Shown here one piece after another: positions 19,546-29,124 of a stretch of 64,000 nt of DNA. The notes under the pieces are model-generated. The model ran no database searches, was not told the DNA's origin, and was given only the letters and a program-made list of their open reading frames with translations. Origin of the DNA: Microcoleus sp. (GTDB lineage Bacteria > Cyanobacteriota > Cyanobacteriia > Cyanobacteriales > Microcoleaceae); NCBI GenBank assembly GCA_042408215.1, contig JAYFMW010000006.1:704001-768000 (forward strand). The letters are read 5' to 3'. Numbering within the stretch: position 1 is the stretch's first letter; every line of letters starts with the position of its first letter. The position numbers and the translations under genes are program-made.

Positions 19546-19915
19546 GAAAATGCGATCGCCCCTCAATCCAAAAATGCGATCGCCCATCAACCCAAAAATG
19601 CGATCGCCCATCCACAAAAAACCCGGCGGTTGAAACCCAAAAAACCCGGCGGTTGAAACCGCGTCTACACAGACAAAACCCGCCTTCGCGGGTTGAAGAT
19701 TTCACCCGATGATTTTCAATCTCCAAATACCCTCTTCGTCCGCGTAGGCGGACATCGTTTGTGTAGACGCGGTTTCCAACCGCCGGGATTTCTTCGCGGG
19801 TTGAAGATTTCACCCGATGATTTTCAATCTCCAAATACCCTCTTCGTCCGCGTAGGCGGACATCGTTTGTGTAGACGCGGTTTCCAACCGCCGGGATTTC
19901 AACCGCCGAGGATTT
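19546..19915. repeat. Repeat cluster: three HIP1-containing units, REP arms and a 108-bp tandem duplication
   Basis: AAAATGCGATCGCCC x3; CTTCGCGGGTTGAAGATTTCACC unit at 19684 and 19792. Confidence 0.85.
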
Positions 19916-19950
19916 CAAATTAGATCGCCCGAATCGACCCAAAAATCAGA

Positions 19951-22281
19951 TCATCGCCCGCCGCTAACTCCCTCCAATCGCAGGAAATGCACCCGGCCCG
20001 ATCGATCGCCCGCTACAACTGTCACTCCATCAGGGGCGATCGCACAGCAATTAAACTCAGCATCTCCCCTGAAACTAGCAACCTCTTTGTAGCGAAGCAA
20101 ATCCCAGACTTTGAGGGTGTTATCCGATGAACCGGAAACCGCTATGACACCGTTAGGGGCGATCGCGACTGCATTTGCGTTGTCAGTATGACCGATGAGA
20201 GTGATCAGTTCCTTGCCACTATTGATGTCCCATATTTTCAGATTGTGATCCCATGAGGCCGAAATTACTCGCTGACCGTCGGGTGTGATCGCGATTGAAT
20301 ATACCCAGGCAGTATGACCAATTAGAGTTCTCAATTCACTACCACTATCAATATCCCAAATTTTTAGGGTGTGATCCAACGAAGGTGACATTAGTCCCGA
20401 TGAACTTGAAACTGCTAGTTTGCCGTCTGGTGTAATCGTGACGGCACCTACAATGTCAGCAGTATCGATCAGGGTTCTCAATTCGCTACCACTATCGATA
20501 TCCCAGATTTTCAGGATTTTATCATGTGAAGCCGAAATTGCCCGTTTCCCATCTGGTGCGATCGCGACTGCACTTACCATCTCATTATGACCCGTCAGAG
20601 TTCTGAGTTCATTACCACTGTCGATGTCCCAGATTTTCAAGGTTTTATCATGCGAAGCCGAAATTGCCGATTTGCCGTCTGGTGCTATCGCTACAGCATT
20701 TACCCTGTCATTATGACCCGTGAGAGTTCTGAGTTCGCTACCACTGTCGATGTCCCAGATTTTTAGGGTTTTATCACCTGAAGCCAAAATTGCCCGTTTG
20801 CCATCTGGTACGATTGCGACTGCACTTATCCAGTTAGTATGACCCGTCAGAGTTGTAGTCTCTTTGCCACGATCAATGTCCCAGACTTTCAGGGTTTTAT
20901 CATGTGAAGCTGAAATTGCTGTTTTACCATCGGGTGCGATCGCAACTGCACTTACCCGGTTAGTATGACCCGTCAGAGTTCTCAGTTCCCTGCCACTCTC
21001 AATGTCCCAGATTTTTAAGGCTTGATATGAAGCGGAAATCGCTCGTTTGCCATCTGGTGCGATCGCTACTGCTGATACAACCTCACAACCTGTGAGAGTT
21101 TTCAATTCCCTGCCACTTTTGATGTCCCAGATTTTCAAGGTTTTATCATTTGAAGCGGAAATTGCTCGCTTACCATCTGGTGAAATCGCTACTCTTATTA
21201 CCGAGCTAGTATGACCGATGAGAGTTCTGAATTCGATACCACTTTTGATATCCCAGATTTTTAGGGTATTATCACCTGAAGCGGAAATTGCTCGCTCGCC
21301 ATCTGGTGAGAACGCTACTCCTATTACCGAGCTAGTGTGACCGATTAAAGTTTTTAGTTCCTTGCCACTTTCGATGTCCCAGATTTTTATGGTTCGATCG
21401 TCAGAACCTGAAATCGCTGTTTTGCCATCGGGTGCTATCGCTACTGCACACACTCGCGGACTGATAAGATTTCCCATTTCCATCCCACTGTCTGTATCGC
21501 AGATTTTCGGGGTTTTATCCCCTGAAGCCGAAACCGTTATAAAAGACTGGGGTAAAATCGCAACATGACTGGTAAGAGTTTTCACTTCTGTACCATTATT
21601 TATGTCCCAAACTTTTAAGGTTCCATCCGCTGAAGCCGAAATCGCCGTTTTGCCGTCCGGTGCGATCGCCACTGCATATACCGAGTTAGTATGACCAGTA
21701 AGAGTTTTCAGTTCCCGACCTGTCTCGGTGTCCCAGATTTTCAGGGTATGATCGCATGAAGCCGAAATCGCGGTTTTGCCGTTGGGTGCGATCGCCACTG
21801 CTGTTACCGACGAAGTATGACCGCTCAGGGTTCGCCAACATCCTTCTCCCGGCCGCTCTAAATTAGCCCTCAAAGGTCGCAGCCAAAGACAATCTTTCGA
21901 TTGCTTTGCCTGTTCTAGCATGGCTTGGATCTCAGGTATTTCAAAATCCAACAATCTCCCTAACAATTGCCCTGCCAGTTGCGTTTTATCCCTTTCCAAA
22001 ACGTGCGCCGACTTGCGAATCGCCCCTTGAATCAACCCCAAAGTTTCAGTTTGCCCCTCCGACAACAAAACATCAGAAACTCTCGCCAAATCGTAATCCT
22101 CAATTAACCCTTGAACCCCCAACAATTCCAACTTCGCCTCAATGAAACCAAAATCAGTCACCCAACGATAATAACGGTTGAAATCCCGCAACTCCTCAAC
22201 GAAATCCCTGGGTTGATATTTCAACAAATATTCTCGCTCTGATTTATTTTGCTGCGCCAACCACACACTTAAATCGCTCAT
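19951..22281 (-). CDS. WD40-repeat protein with N-terminal APAF1-like helical domain
   Basis: About 14-15 GH...WD repeats of 42 aa; N-terminal TDFGFIEAKL...LIEDY. Confidence 0.93.
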   Translation of the reverse strand: MSDLSVWLAQQNKSEREYLLKYQPRDFVEELRDFNRYYRWVTDFGFIEAKLELLGVQGLIEDYDLARVSDVLLSEGQTETLGLIQGAIRKSAHVLERDKTQLAGQLLGRLLDFEIPEIQAMLEQAKQSKDCLWLRPLRANLERPGEGCWRTLSGHTSSVTAVAIAPNGKTAISASCDHTLKIWDTETGRELKTLTGHTNSVYAVAIAPDGKTAISASADGTLKVWDINNGTEVKTLTSHVAILPQSFITVSASGDKTPKICDTDSGMEMGNLISPRVCAVAIAPDGKTAISGSDDRTIKIWDIESGKELKTLIGHTSSVIGVAFSPDGERAISASGDNTLKIWDIKSGIEFRTLIGHTSSVIRVAISPDGKRAISASNDKTLKIWDIKSGRELKTLTGCEVVSAVAIAPDGKRAISASYQALKIWDIESGRELRTLTGHTNRVSAVAIAPDGKTAISASHDKTLKVWDIDRGKETTTLTGHTNWISAVAIVPDGKRAILASGDKTLKIWDIDSGSELRTLTGHNDRVNAVAIAPDGKSAISASHDKTLKIWDIDSGNELRTLTGHNEMVSAVAIAPDGKRAISASHDKILKIWDIDSGSELRTLIDTADIVGAVTITPDGKLAVSSSSGLMSPSLDHTLKIWDIDSGSELRTLIGHTAWVYSIAITPDGQRVISASWDHNLKIWDINSGKELITLIGHTDNANAVAIAPNGVIAVSGSSDNTLKVWDLLRYKEVASFRGDAEFNCCAIAPDGVTVVAGDRSGRVHFLRLEGVSGGR

Positions 22282-24332
22282 AGCGGCGCTCCTTCTATCC
22301 TGTTATTAATACTGTTGCGGTTAAGTTCTTCAACATTAATCCCAGCCGATTGCACAGTTTCATCTTTTTCCATAAACTCGCGAAAACTGTTGTGATAAAT
22401 GTTGTAACGAATTTCCCCATCGACTTGCTGCTGCCGCAAAAACGAATCCCATTTTCTGAGTACCTGCTGTACTTTAAAATTCGTCTCACCCACCGATTTA
22501 GCAATCCACCCGCGAGAAACAGCCTCACGCGCTTTTGAGAGCACATAAATAATCTTAACCTTCATCTCCAACAGCGGATCGTCATCGCTGCCCATCATCT
22601 GTCCCCAGTGTTTCTTATAATATTCCTCCAAACCCGCTGGCAAATCATTTAAATTCACATCATTGTACGTGCCGTCTTCAATCTCATCAAGTACGTGGCG
22701 GAGATAGATAAATTTCTTTTCGCTTTTTTGGGCTACCGCCGTCACAAACTGTTCCCGCTGCAAATTTCGACCCTTAATCCAATCCTGAATCAACTCGCTT
22801 CTCTCCGTGCGTTTTCCCAGATAAGCCTTGACATCTTCGAGACTTTCTGCATCGTACTGCATCAAATCAAAAACTGTCTTGTTAGCTGCCGGCATTGGCA
22901 GAAATTCCGGTCGCTTCGAGACAATAAAATAAACGTTGTCCGGCAAATCATTAGGCAAATACGAAACATTGCTACCGCTAGTTTGAGCCTTCCAATCAAC
23001 TTCATCCAGCGCATCCACCACAAAAATTATTTTTTTCTCCCTGCTAGACTTAGCGCTAATTTCCTTCAGCAAATCGCCTAGAAAGGTGTTGTTTTTTATG
23101 GCATTTGCCGGCAGTCGCGGATACTTATTTTTAAGGCCAAAACCTTCAATCAACTGAGTGCAAGCATTTTCCAAAAAAGTTTCAGCGCTGACAATCCCGT
23201 CCGGTTGCGAGTTGAAATGAGTAATGCAGCGGCGCTTCAGTATCACCACACAGGCAGCCATAATCGCGCTTTTCCCAACACCCGGTTCCGCCTCCAAAAC
23301 AAAATAGCCTTTTTGCTTTGTCCTCAGAAACTCATTAATTGCTTTAAACACAAATTTCCGACCGGTAAAGTCTTTAATTCTGTCCTGAATAATCGTCTCT
23401 GACTTAACAGGAATCGGCAAACTCGGCGCAGCAGGATCGATATATCTTTCCAGCAATGCCCGAATCTGCGCCAAATCGTCCCGGATCCCAATTTCGATCG
23501 CCTCCAATTTCACCATCACTTGACAAATCTGCTGCTGCGTCGCCACCGCCTCCAATTTTTGCAGAATCTCCCCATTTTGCAGCCCCAAATCTTTGAGTGC
23601 GCCCAAAGCAATTTGGTGCAGATTCAACAGCATCGCCGCAAACTTTTCGCCTCCCTTCGCCGCATCGAGTTTCAGCACTTCGCGGTACGCTTTCGGGAAT
23701 GTTGTATAAAGCTTATTCGCGACAAATTCGACAATTTCTGCATCGAAGGATTTGCGATCGCTGGCGGCGAATTTGTTGACAAAATTTGCCCAATCTTCCG
23801 GTGTCAATCCGGTAACTCGATCGAACTCTTCGGCATCCGCAGAAAAAATCTTGCTTAGCTGGTCTTCTGAAATCTGTAAACCCCTTGACAAGTCGGCTGT
23901 ATCTGTGTTAATATCTAGCCAGTATTGAGGAGTTTGATCGGCTAATTCGTCTAAATGCTGTTCTGGATAAGGCAATTTTTTGGTTTCGGCGATCGCAATT
24001 AATTTATCCGACTTCGCAACCTCTTTCAAAATATAGCCGATCGCCTCACCCGCCGCCTTACTCAAATCGTGATTGTCGAGAATATTCGGATTTTTTGCCA
24101 ACTTTTCCGTCATCCTATTTCCGAGGTCATTCGCCGCCATATTCCCCGCGACACCACCCGCAATTGCTGCTAAGATCGAAATTCCTCCAATTGCGATCGG
24201 ACCACCCATCATCCCCGCTGCTGCTTGTGCTCCCGGATTGGCGATCGCATTTGAAATAAGCTGTCCAACAGCCATTACCGCGCTGCATCCTAAAACCCTA
24301 ATTTTTGTATTAGCTAAATCTACTAACGACAT
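22278..24332 (-). CDS. NACHT/STAND NTPase with uncharacterised N-terminal domain
   Basis: AEPGVGKS Walker A, FVVDALDE Walker B, LPAGL and YHNSFREF wHTH end. 4-bp overlap with the WD40 gene. Confidence 0.85.
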   Translation of the reverse strand: MSLVDLANTKIRVLGCSAVMAVGQLISNAIANPGAQAAAGMMGGPIAIGGISILAAIAGGVAGNMAANDLGNRMTEKLAKNPNILDNHDLSKAAGEAIGYILKEVAKSDKLIAIAETKKLPYPEQHLDELADQTPQYWLDINTDTADLSRGLQISEDQLSKIFSADAEEFDRVTGLTPEDWANFVNKFAASDRKSFDAEIVEFVANKLYTTFPKAYREVLKLDAAKGGEKFAAMLLNLHQIALGALKDLGLQNGEILQKLEAVATQQQICQVMVKLEAIEIGIRDDLAQIRALLERYIDPAAPSLPIPVKSETIIQDRIKDFTGRKFVFKAINEFLRTKQKGYFVLEAEPGVGKSAIMAACVVILKRRCITHFNSQPDGIVSAETFLENACTQLIEGFGLKNKYPRLPANAIKNNTFLGDLLKEISAKSSREKKIIFVVDALDEVDWKAQTSGSNVSYLPNDLPDNVYFIVSKRPEFLPMPAANKTVFDLMQYDAESLEDVKAYLGKRTERSELIQDWIKGRNLQREQFVTAVAQKSEKKFIYLRHVLDEIEDGTYNDVNLNDLPAGLEEYYKKHWGQMMGSDDDPLLEMKVKIIYVLSKAREAVSRGWIAKSVGETNFKVQQVLRKWDSFLRQQQVDGEIRYNIYHNSFREFMEKDETVQSAGINVEELNRNSINNRIEGAPL

Positions 24333-24430
24333 AATTTAAATACTTTCCATACTTTGCCACAGTTTAGCGCGGTAGAATAATTAAATACAAGGTTAATTAA
24401 TCTCACTTTTTGCAGTATTATTATCGGTTA

Positions 24431-25025
24431 ACAGGCAAGATGCCTGTTCCACAAACACTCACAGGCAAGATGCCTGTTCCACAAACACTCACAGGCAAGA
24501 TGCCTGTTCCACAAACACTCACAGGCAAGATGCCTGTTCCACAAACACTCACAGGCAAGATGCCTGTTCCACAAACACTCACAGGCAAGATGCCTGTTCC
24601 ACAAACACTCACAGGCAAGATGCCTGTTCCACAAACACTCACAGGCAAGATGCCTGTTCCACAAACACTCACAGGCAAGATGCCTGTTCCACAAACACTC
24701 ACAGGCAAGATGCCTGTTCCACAAACACTCACAGGCAAGATGCCTGTTCCACAAACACTCACAGGCAAGATGCCTGTTCCACAAACACTCACAGGCAAGA
24801 TGCCTGTTCCACAAACACTCACAGGCAAGATGCCTGTTCCACAAACACTCACAGGCAAGATGCCTGTTCCACAAACACTCACAGGCAAGATGCCTGTTCC
24901 ACAAACACTCACAGGCAAGATGCCTGTTCCACAAACACTCACAGGCAAGATGCCTGTTCCACAAACACTCACAGGCAAGATGCCTGTTCCACAAACACTC
25001 ACAGGCAAGATGCCTGTTCCACAAA
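24431..25025. repeat. Perfect 30-bp tandem array, 20 units (last one partial)
   Basis: ACAGGCAAGATGCCTGTTCCACAAACACTC starts every 30 bp from 24431 to 25001. Confidence 0.98.
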
Positions 25026-25359
25026 AATTCAATCTGCTTGTGGGGTGTCCCGCCCGCCCAAAAAACACAATCCCGCCCGCCCCAAAAAACACAATCCGCC
25101 CGCCACCCCACAAAATCCGATTTGTAAAGTTTTTTTTCAACCCGATCGCACAGCTTTTATTTGATAGATAATATGAGGTTATTTATTTTTCGCTCCCCAC
25201 AGCTCGCACTACAAAAAAGTTTACTTTTCTTTACAAAACGTAGATAAAAAACGGCGAGTCAAAGAAAAATTCCCTTGCAGACTTTAAAAGCGCCGCACGA
25301 TCGACTAAAGTGAAAAAAATGGCTTGATCCGTTTATTCATCGCAAAGGAAAAAAAGCTC

Positions 25360-25645
25360 ATGGTTCAACGCGGTTCTAAAGTTCGGATTCTCCGCAAAGA
25401 ATCCTATTGGTATCAAGAATTGGGCACCGTTGCCACGGTAGACCAAAGCGGTATTAAATACGCAGTTATCGTTCGCTTTGACAAAGTAAATTATGCCGGC
25501 GTCAATACCAACAACTTTGCCCTCAGCGAAGTAGTGGAAGTCGAAGCACCCAAAGCTAAAGCCAAAGCACCAGCAGCAGCGCGCAGCACCAGGAGCAAAG
25601 GCCGCCGCCAAGCCAGCAGCATCCAAGCCAGCAGCTAAGCCATAA
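25360..25645 (+). CDS. psaE: Photosystem I subunit IV with Ala/Lys/Pro-rich tail (apparent +1 indel in the tail)
   Basis: [17 protein letters not shown]...TNNFAL. As written the stop is at 25638; after removing one base near 25582 it is at 25645. Confidence 0.93.
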
Positions 25646-25699
25646 GGTGACAGCGCTCCTAAATGCTAACCAAATAAGTAAACCCCAAGAGCGCTAATT

Positions 25700-26618
25700 G
25701 TGCCAGAACTGCCAGAAGTTGAAACTATTTGCCTGGGTTTAAATCAAGTGACGCTCGATCGAGAAATTTTGGGCGGAGATGTGCTGTTGGCCAGCTCGAT
25801 CGCCCGCTCAATCTCTGCTACCGATTTTTTGACAAAACTCAAAGGAAAGTCGATCGAACGCTGGTACAGACGCGGCAAATACCTCCTGGCAGAACTATCT
25901 CAATGTAGGGGCGGTGCCCCCGTGGCCCGCCCTTCTCCCCCGGCCCGCCCTTCTCCCCCGGCCCGCCCTCTCCCTTCCGCCTTCAAAAGTTGGCTGGTTG
26001 GCCGTCCACCTGCGGATGACAGGACAACTACTCTGGGTGCATCGCGACGAACCTCTGCAAAAACACGCGCGAGTCAGATTGTTCCTTGAGGGAAACCAAG
26101 AATTGCGCTTTGTAGACCAGCGCACCTTCGGGCAAATGTGGTACGTGCCCCCGGAAACCGAGGTTTCCAGCGTTGTCACTGGCCTCAAAGTATTGGGCCC
26201 AGAACCTTTTTCACCAGATTTTTCAGTCGCATATTTAACCCAAAAGCTCCACCGACGGGCGCGACCAATTAAAACCGCATTGTTAGACCAGTCTCTGGTG
26301 GCGGGTTTGGGCAATATTTACGCTGACGAAACTTTGTTTGTGGCGGGAGTCTTACCCACAACTCTGTGCGCGGATTTGACAGCAGACCAAATTGACCGCA
26401 TCCATTCAGCTATTGTTCAAGTCTTGTCTAAGGCGATCGATTCTGGTGGCACCACTTTTAGCAATTTTCTCAACGTCCAAGGCGTCAACGGCAACTACGG
26501 CGGCGTCGCTTGGGTGTACAATCGCAAAGCCCAACCTTGCCGCACTTGCTCAATCCCGATCGAACGGATCAAATTAGCAGGGCGATCGACTCATTTTTGC
26601 CCCGTTTGTCAGATATAG
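25700..26618 (+). CDS. mutM: Formamidopyrimidine-DNA glycosylase, frameshifted inside an inserted repeat
   Basis: MPELPEVE and RGKYL in one frame; HLRMTGQL, GLGNIY and the C-terminal zinc finger in the +1 frame. Confidence 0.9.
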
Positions 26619-26743
26619 GAAGAAGTCAACTGTCAACTGTCAACAGTCAACAGTCAGCAGTCAACAGTCAGAAGTCAGAAGTACCGTTAAAGGCAAATCT
26701 AGATTAAAATTTGTATAGTTTTATAAACAAAACCGAGCAAGTC

Positions 26744-26959
26744 ATGGCAATCAAAAAAGGTAGCATAGTCCGCGCTCTACGCGAAAAATTGGAAAATAGT
26801 TTGGAAGCCAAAGCTAGCGACCAGCGCTTTTCGTCCTATATATTTGACACTAAAGGCGAAGTGCTGGATGTTCGCGGCGACTATGCTTTCGTCAAATTTG
26901 GCAAAGTCCCTACCCCGAATATTTGGCTGCGGGTAGATCAACTCCAAGATTTTAATTAA
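26744..26959 (+). CDS. ndhO: NDH-1 subunit O
   Basis: [11 protein letters not shown]...SLEAKASD...VPTPNIWLR. Confidence 0.92.
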   Translation: MAIKKGSIVRALREKLENSLEAKASDQRFSSYIFDTKGEVLDVRGDYAFVKFGKVPTPNIWLRVDQLQDFN

Positions 26960-27122
26960 CTTTAATTGGTTTTTAACTGGTTTTAACTGGTTTTAACTGG
27001 GAACCGATGTGCAGAGGAAGAGCCTCCCTTGGGAAATTGGAGGCTCTTCCGACCGATCTGCGTTACCAGTCCGAGCCTGGTAACGATTAATCCAAAATCC
27101 AAAATCTCAAATCTAAAATTGC

Positions 27123-28100
27123 ATGACTTCTCCCCATTTCCCATCCCTAAATTCTCCTTCAACCCGCGTTTCAATTATTGGTGCCGGCAAAGTTGGCAGT
27201 ACCTTAGCTCAGCGGATAGCTGAGAAAAATCTGGCCGATGTGGTATTGCTAGATATTCTCGAAGGTTGGCCGCAGGGAATTGCTTTGGATTTGATGCAAG
27301 CAAGAGGATTGGAATGCCACGAACGCCAAATTATCGGTACAAACAACTATGCAGATACGGCTAACTCAAACATCATAGTAATTACTGCCGGCATACCACG
27401 CAAACCAGGTATCAATCGGGAAGATTTAATTAAAATTAATGCTCGAATTGTTACCGAAGCGGCTAAAAAGGCGATCGAACATTCCCCCGAAGCAATCTTA
27501 ATCGTAGTCACAAATCCCCTCGATGTCATGACCTATTTAGCCTGGGAAGCTACCGGCTTACCGAAACACCGAGTTATGGGTATGGCAGGAATTCTCGACT
27601 CATCCCGCTTTCAAACTTTTATTGCAATGGAGTTGGGCGTTTCTTTTGCTCAAGTTAATGCAACTGTCCTCGGTTCTCACGGAGATTTGATGGTTCCTTT
27701 GCCCCGCTATTCCACTGTCAACGGTGTTCCCATCAGTCAACTTATGGATGCTGGGGCGATCGCTCGTTTGGTGCAGCGGACTCGCCACGGCGGCGCAGAA
27801 ATTGTCCAATTGATGAAGACTTCTAGTGCTTATTTTGCACCGGCATCTTCTGTTTGTTTGATGGTAGAATCTATTTTGTTTAACCTGTCGCGGTTGTTAC
27901 CTTGCTGCGTTTATTTGCAAGGCGAATACGGTTTGCAAGATCTCTTTTTTGGAGTTCCCTGCCGCTTGGGATATCAGGGAGTTGAACAGATTTTAGAACT
28001 CGAACTGACTGAGCCGGAACGGACTGATTTTATGGAATCAGGTCAATTAGTGTGGCAAAATATTGAGGAAGCGAGAGCGACACTGAACACTATTTATTAA
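27123..28100 (+). CDS. mdh: Malate dehydrogenase (LDH-like)
   Basis: GAGKVG, AGIPRKPG, NPLD, LDSSRF and GSHGD. Confidence 0.93.
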   Translation: MTSPHFPSLNSPSTRVSIIGAGKVGSTLAQRIAEKNLADVVLLDILEGWPQGIALDLMQARGLECHERQIIGTNNYADTANSNIIVITAGIPRKPGINREDLIKINARIVTEAAKKAIEHSPEAILIVVTNPLDVMTYLAWEATGLPKHRVMGMAGILDSSRFQTFIAMELGVSFAQVNATVLGSHGDLMVPLPRYSTVNGVPISQLMDAGAIARLVQRTRHGGAEIVQLMKTSSAYFAPASSVCLMVESILFNLSRLLPCCVYLQGEYGLQDLFFGVPCRLGYQGVEQILELELTEPERTDFMESGQLVWQNIEEARATLNTIY

Positions 28101-28432
28101 GCAATATCATGTGGCATAAAAAGGCGGTCTGCTATCCTTGTCTTTCCACAAGCTGGGGTAGGTTTTAATGTCTTGTATTGACCAATAATTTCAAAGGTGG
28201 TACAAGCCCCCGGATTTATCCGTGGAATCAATCCAAAATCCCAAATCTAAAATCCTCAAGCCCCCGCATTTATACGTGGGGTAAATCTAAAATCTAAAAT
28301 CTAAAATCTAAAATCGATTGACGGATTGATTGATTGTAGCCATCCATCAATTGAGTTTCACTGCGACTCTCATTCGCAGCGCCTATCCCGACCCCGGTCG
28401 GGCGATGCTCGCGGCGCGGTAAAAACTCTGTC

Positions 28433-28537
28433 ATATCAAATCCGGTAGCATCGGAATTATTCATCTTTCTCTTCTCTCCCTCTGCGCCCTCTGCGCCCTC
28501 TGCGGTTAAATCATTCCGATGCAACCGGAAACGATAT
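28433..28537. mobile_element. MITE with ATATCAAATCCGGT[T/A]GCATCGG terminal repeats (family targeted by the group II intron)
   Basis: ATATCAAATCCGGTAGCATCGGAAT ... ATTCCGATGCAACCGGAAACGATAT around a CTCTGCGCC repeat. Confidence 0.75.
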
Positions 28538-29124
28538 CAGTCACAGCCAGGGCTGTTATACAACTCAGAACAATGTTAGTCCCAGGCCAGATTTTAGTTA
28601 TACAAAAGATAAATTGGCTGGTGCGGTTGGCACTTATAGCCCGCTGCTGAAAGGCCGATGAATCGAGAATCAGGGAACATTTTCAAACAGGCTGCTCAAT
28701 GTTCATAACTTTTGCTAGGACACTGCAAACAGCAGATGCGATCGCCTCTTCTTCCTCACCACTGCTCGACGGGAGTGGCAATCATAACAGTGTGATAATT
28801 GAAAGAAATGTCGATCGCCAAAAAATGCCAATTTTTAGTAAAATCCCCAAAATATTGACAATTTATACCACACCAAGTCACCGATCGCACAATAAATCAG
28901 TAAATGTACTGAGTTAAAATGAGCGATCGAGGTAGGGACACGGCAATGCCGTGTCCCTACTTAAAAAAATACGGAAATAGAATCTGAGTAGCTGCTAAGT
29001 GCTAGGAGAAGGAACAGAATTTGCCATTTGTGATTCCCATCCAACAGACTCAACTTGCAGCTCTCTCTTGGGATGCCCTCTACTTCCTCATTACCCAACC
29101 ACAAATTAACTAAAAAAATAGCAT

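Noticed and set aside
19951..22281. Diversity-generating retroelement acting on the WD40 gene
   Set aside because: No reverse transcriptase and no non-coding template repeat with adenine-only differences was seen.
24431..25025. CRISPR array
   Set aside because: All units are identical, there are no unique spacers, and there are no cas genes in the window.
24410..25171. Long repetitive ORFs (LTGKMPVPQT)n and their antisense versions
   Set aside because: By-product of a stop-free 30-bp repeat; no evidence of a real gene.
28545..28700. Riboswitch or hammerhead ribozyme upstream of the cyanobacteriochrome kinase
   Set aside because: CTGAAAGGCCGATGAA is suggestive, but no complete consensus core or stems could be built.
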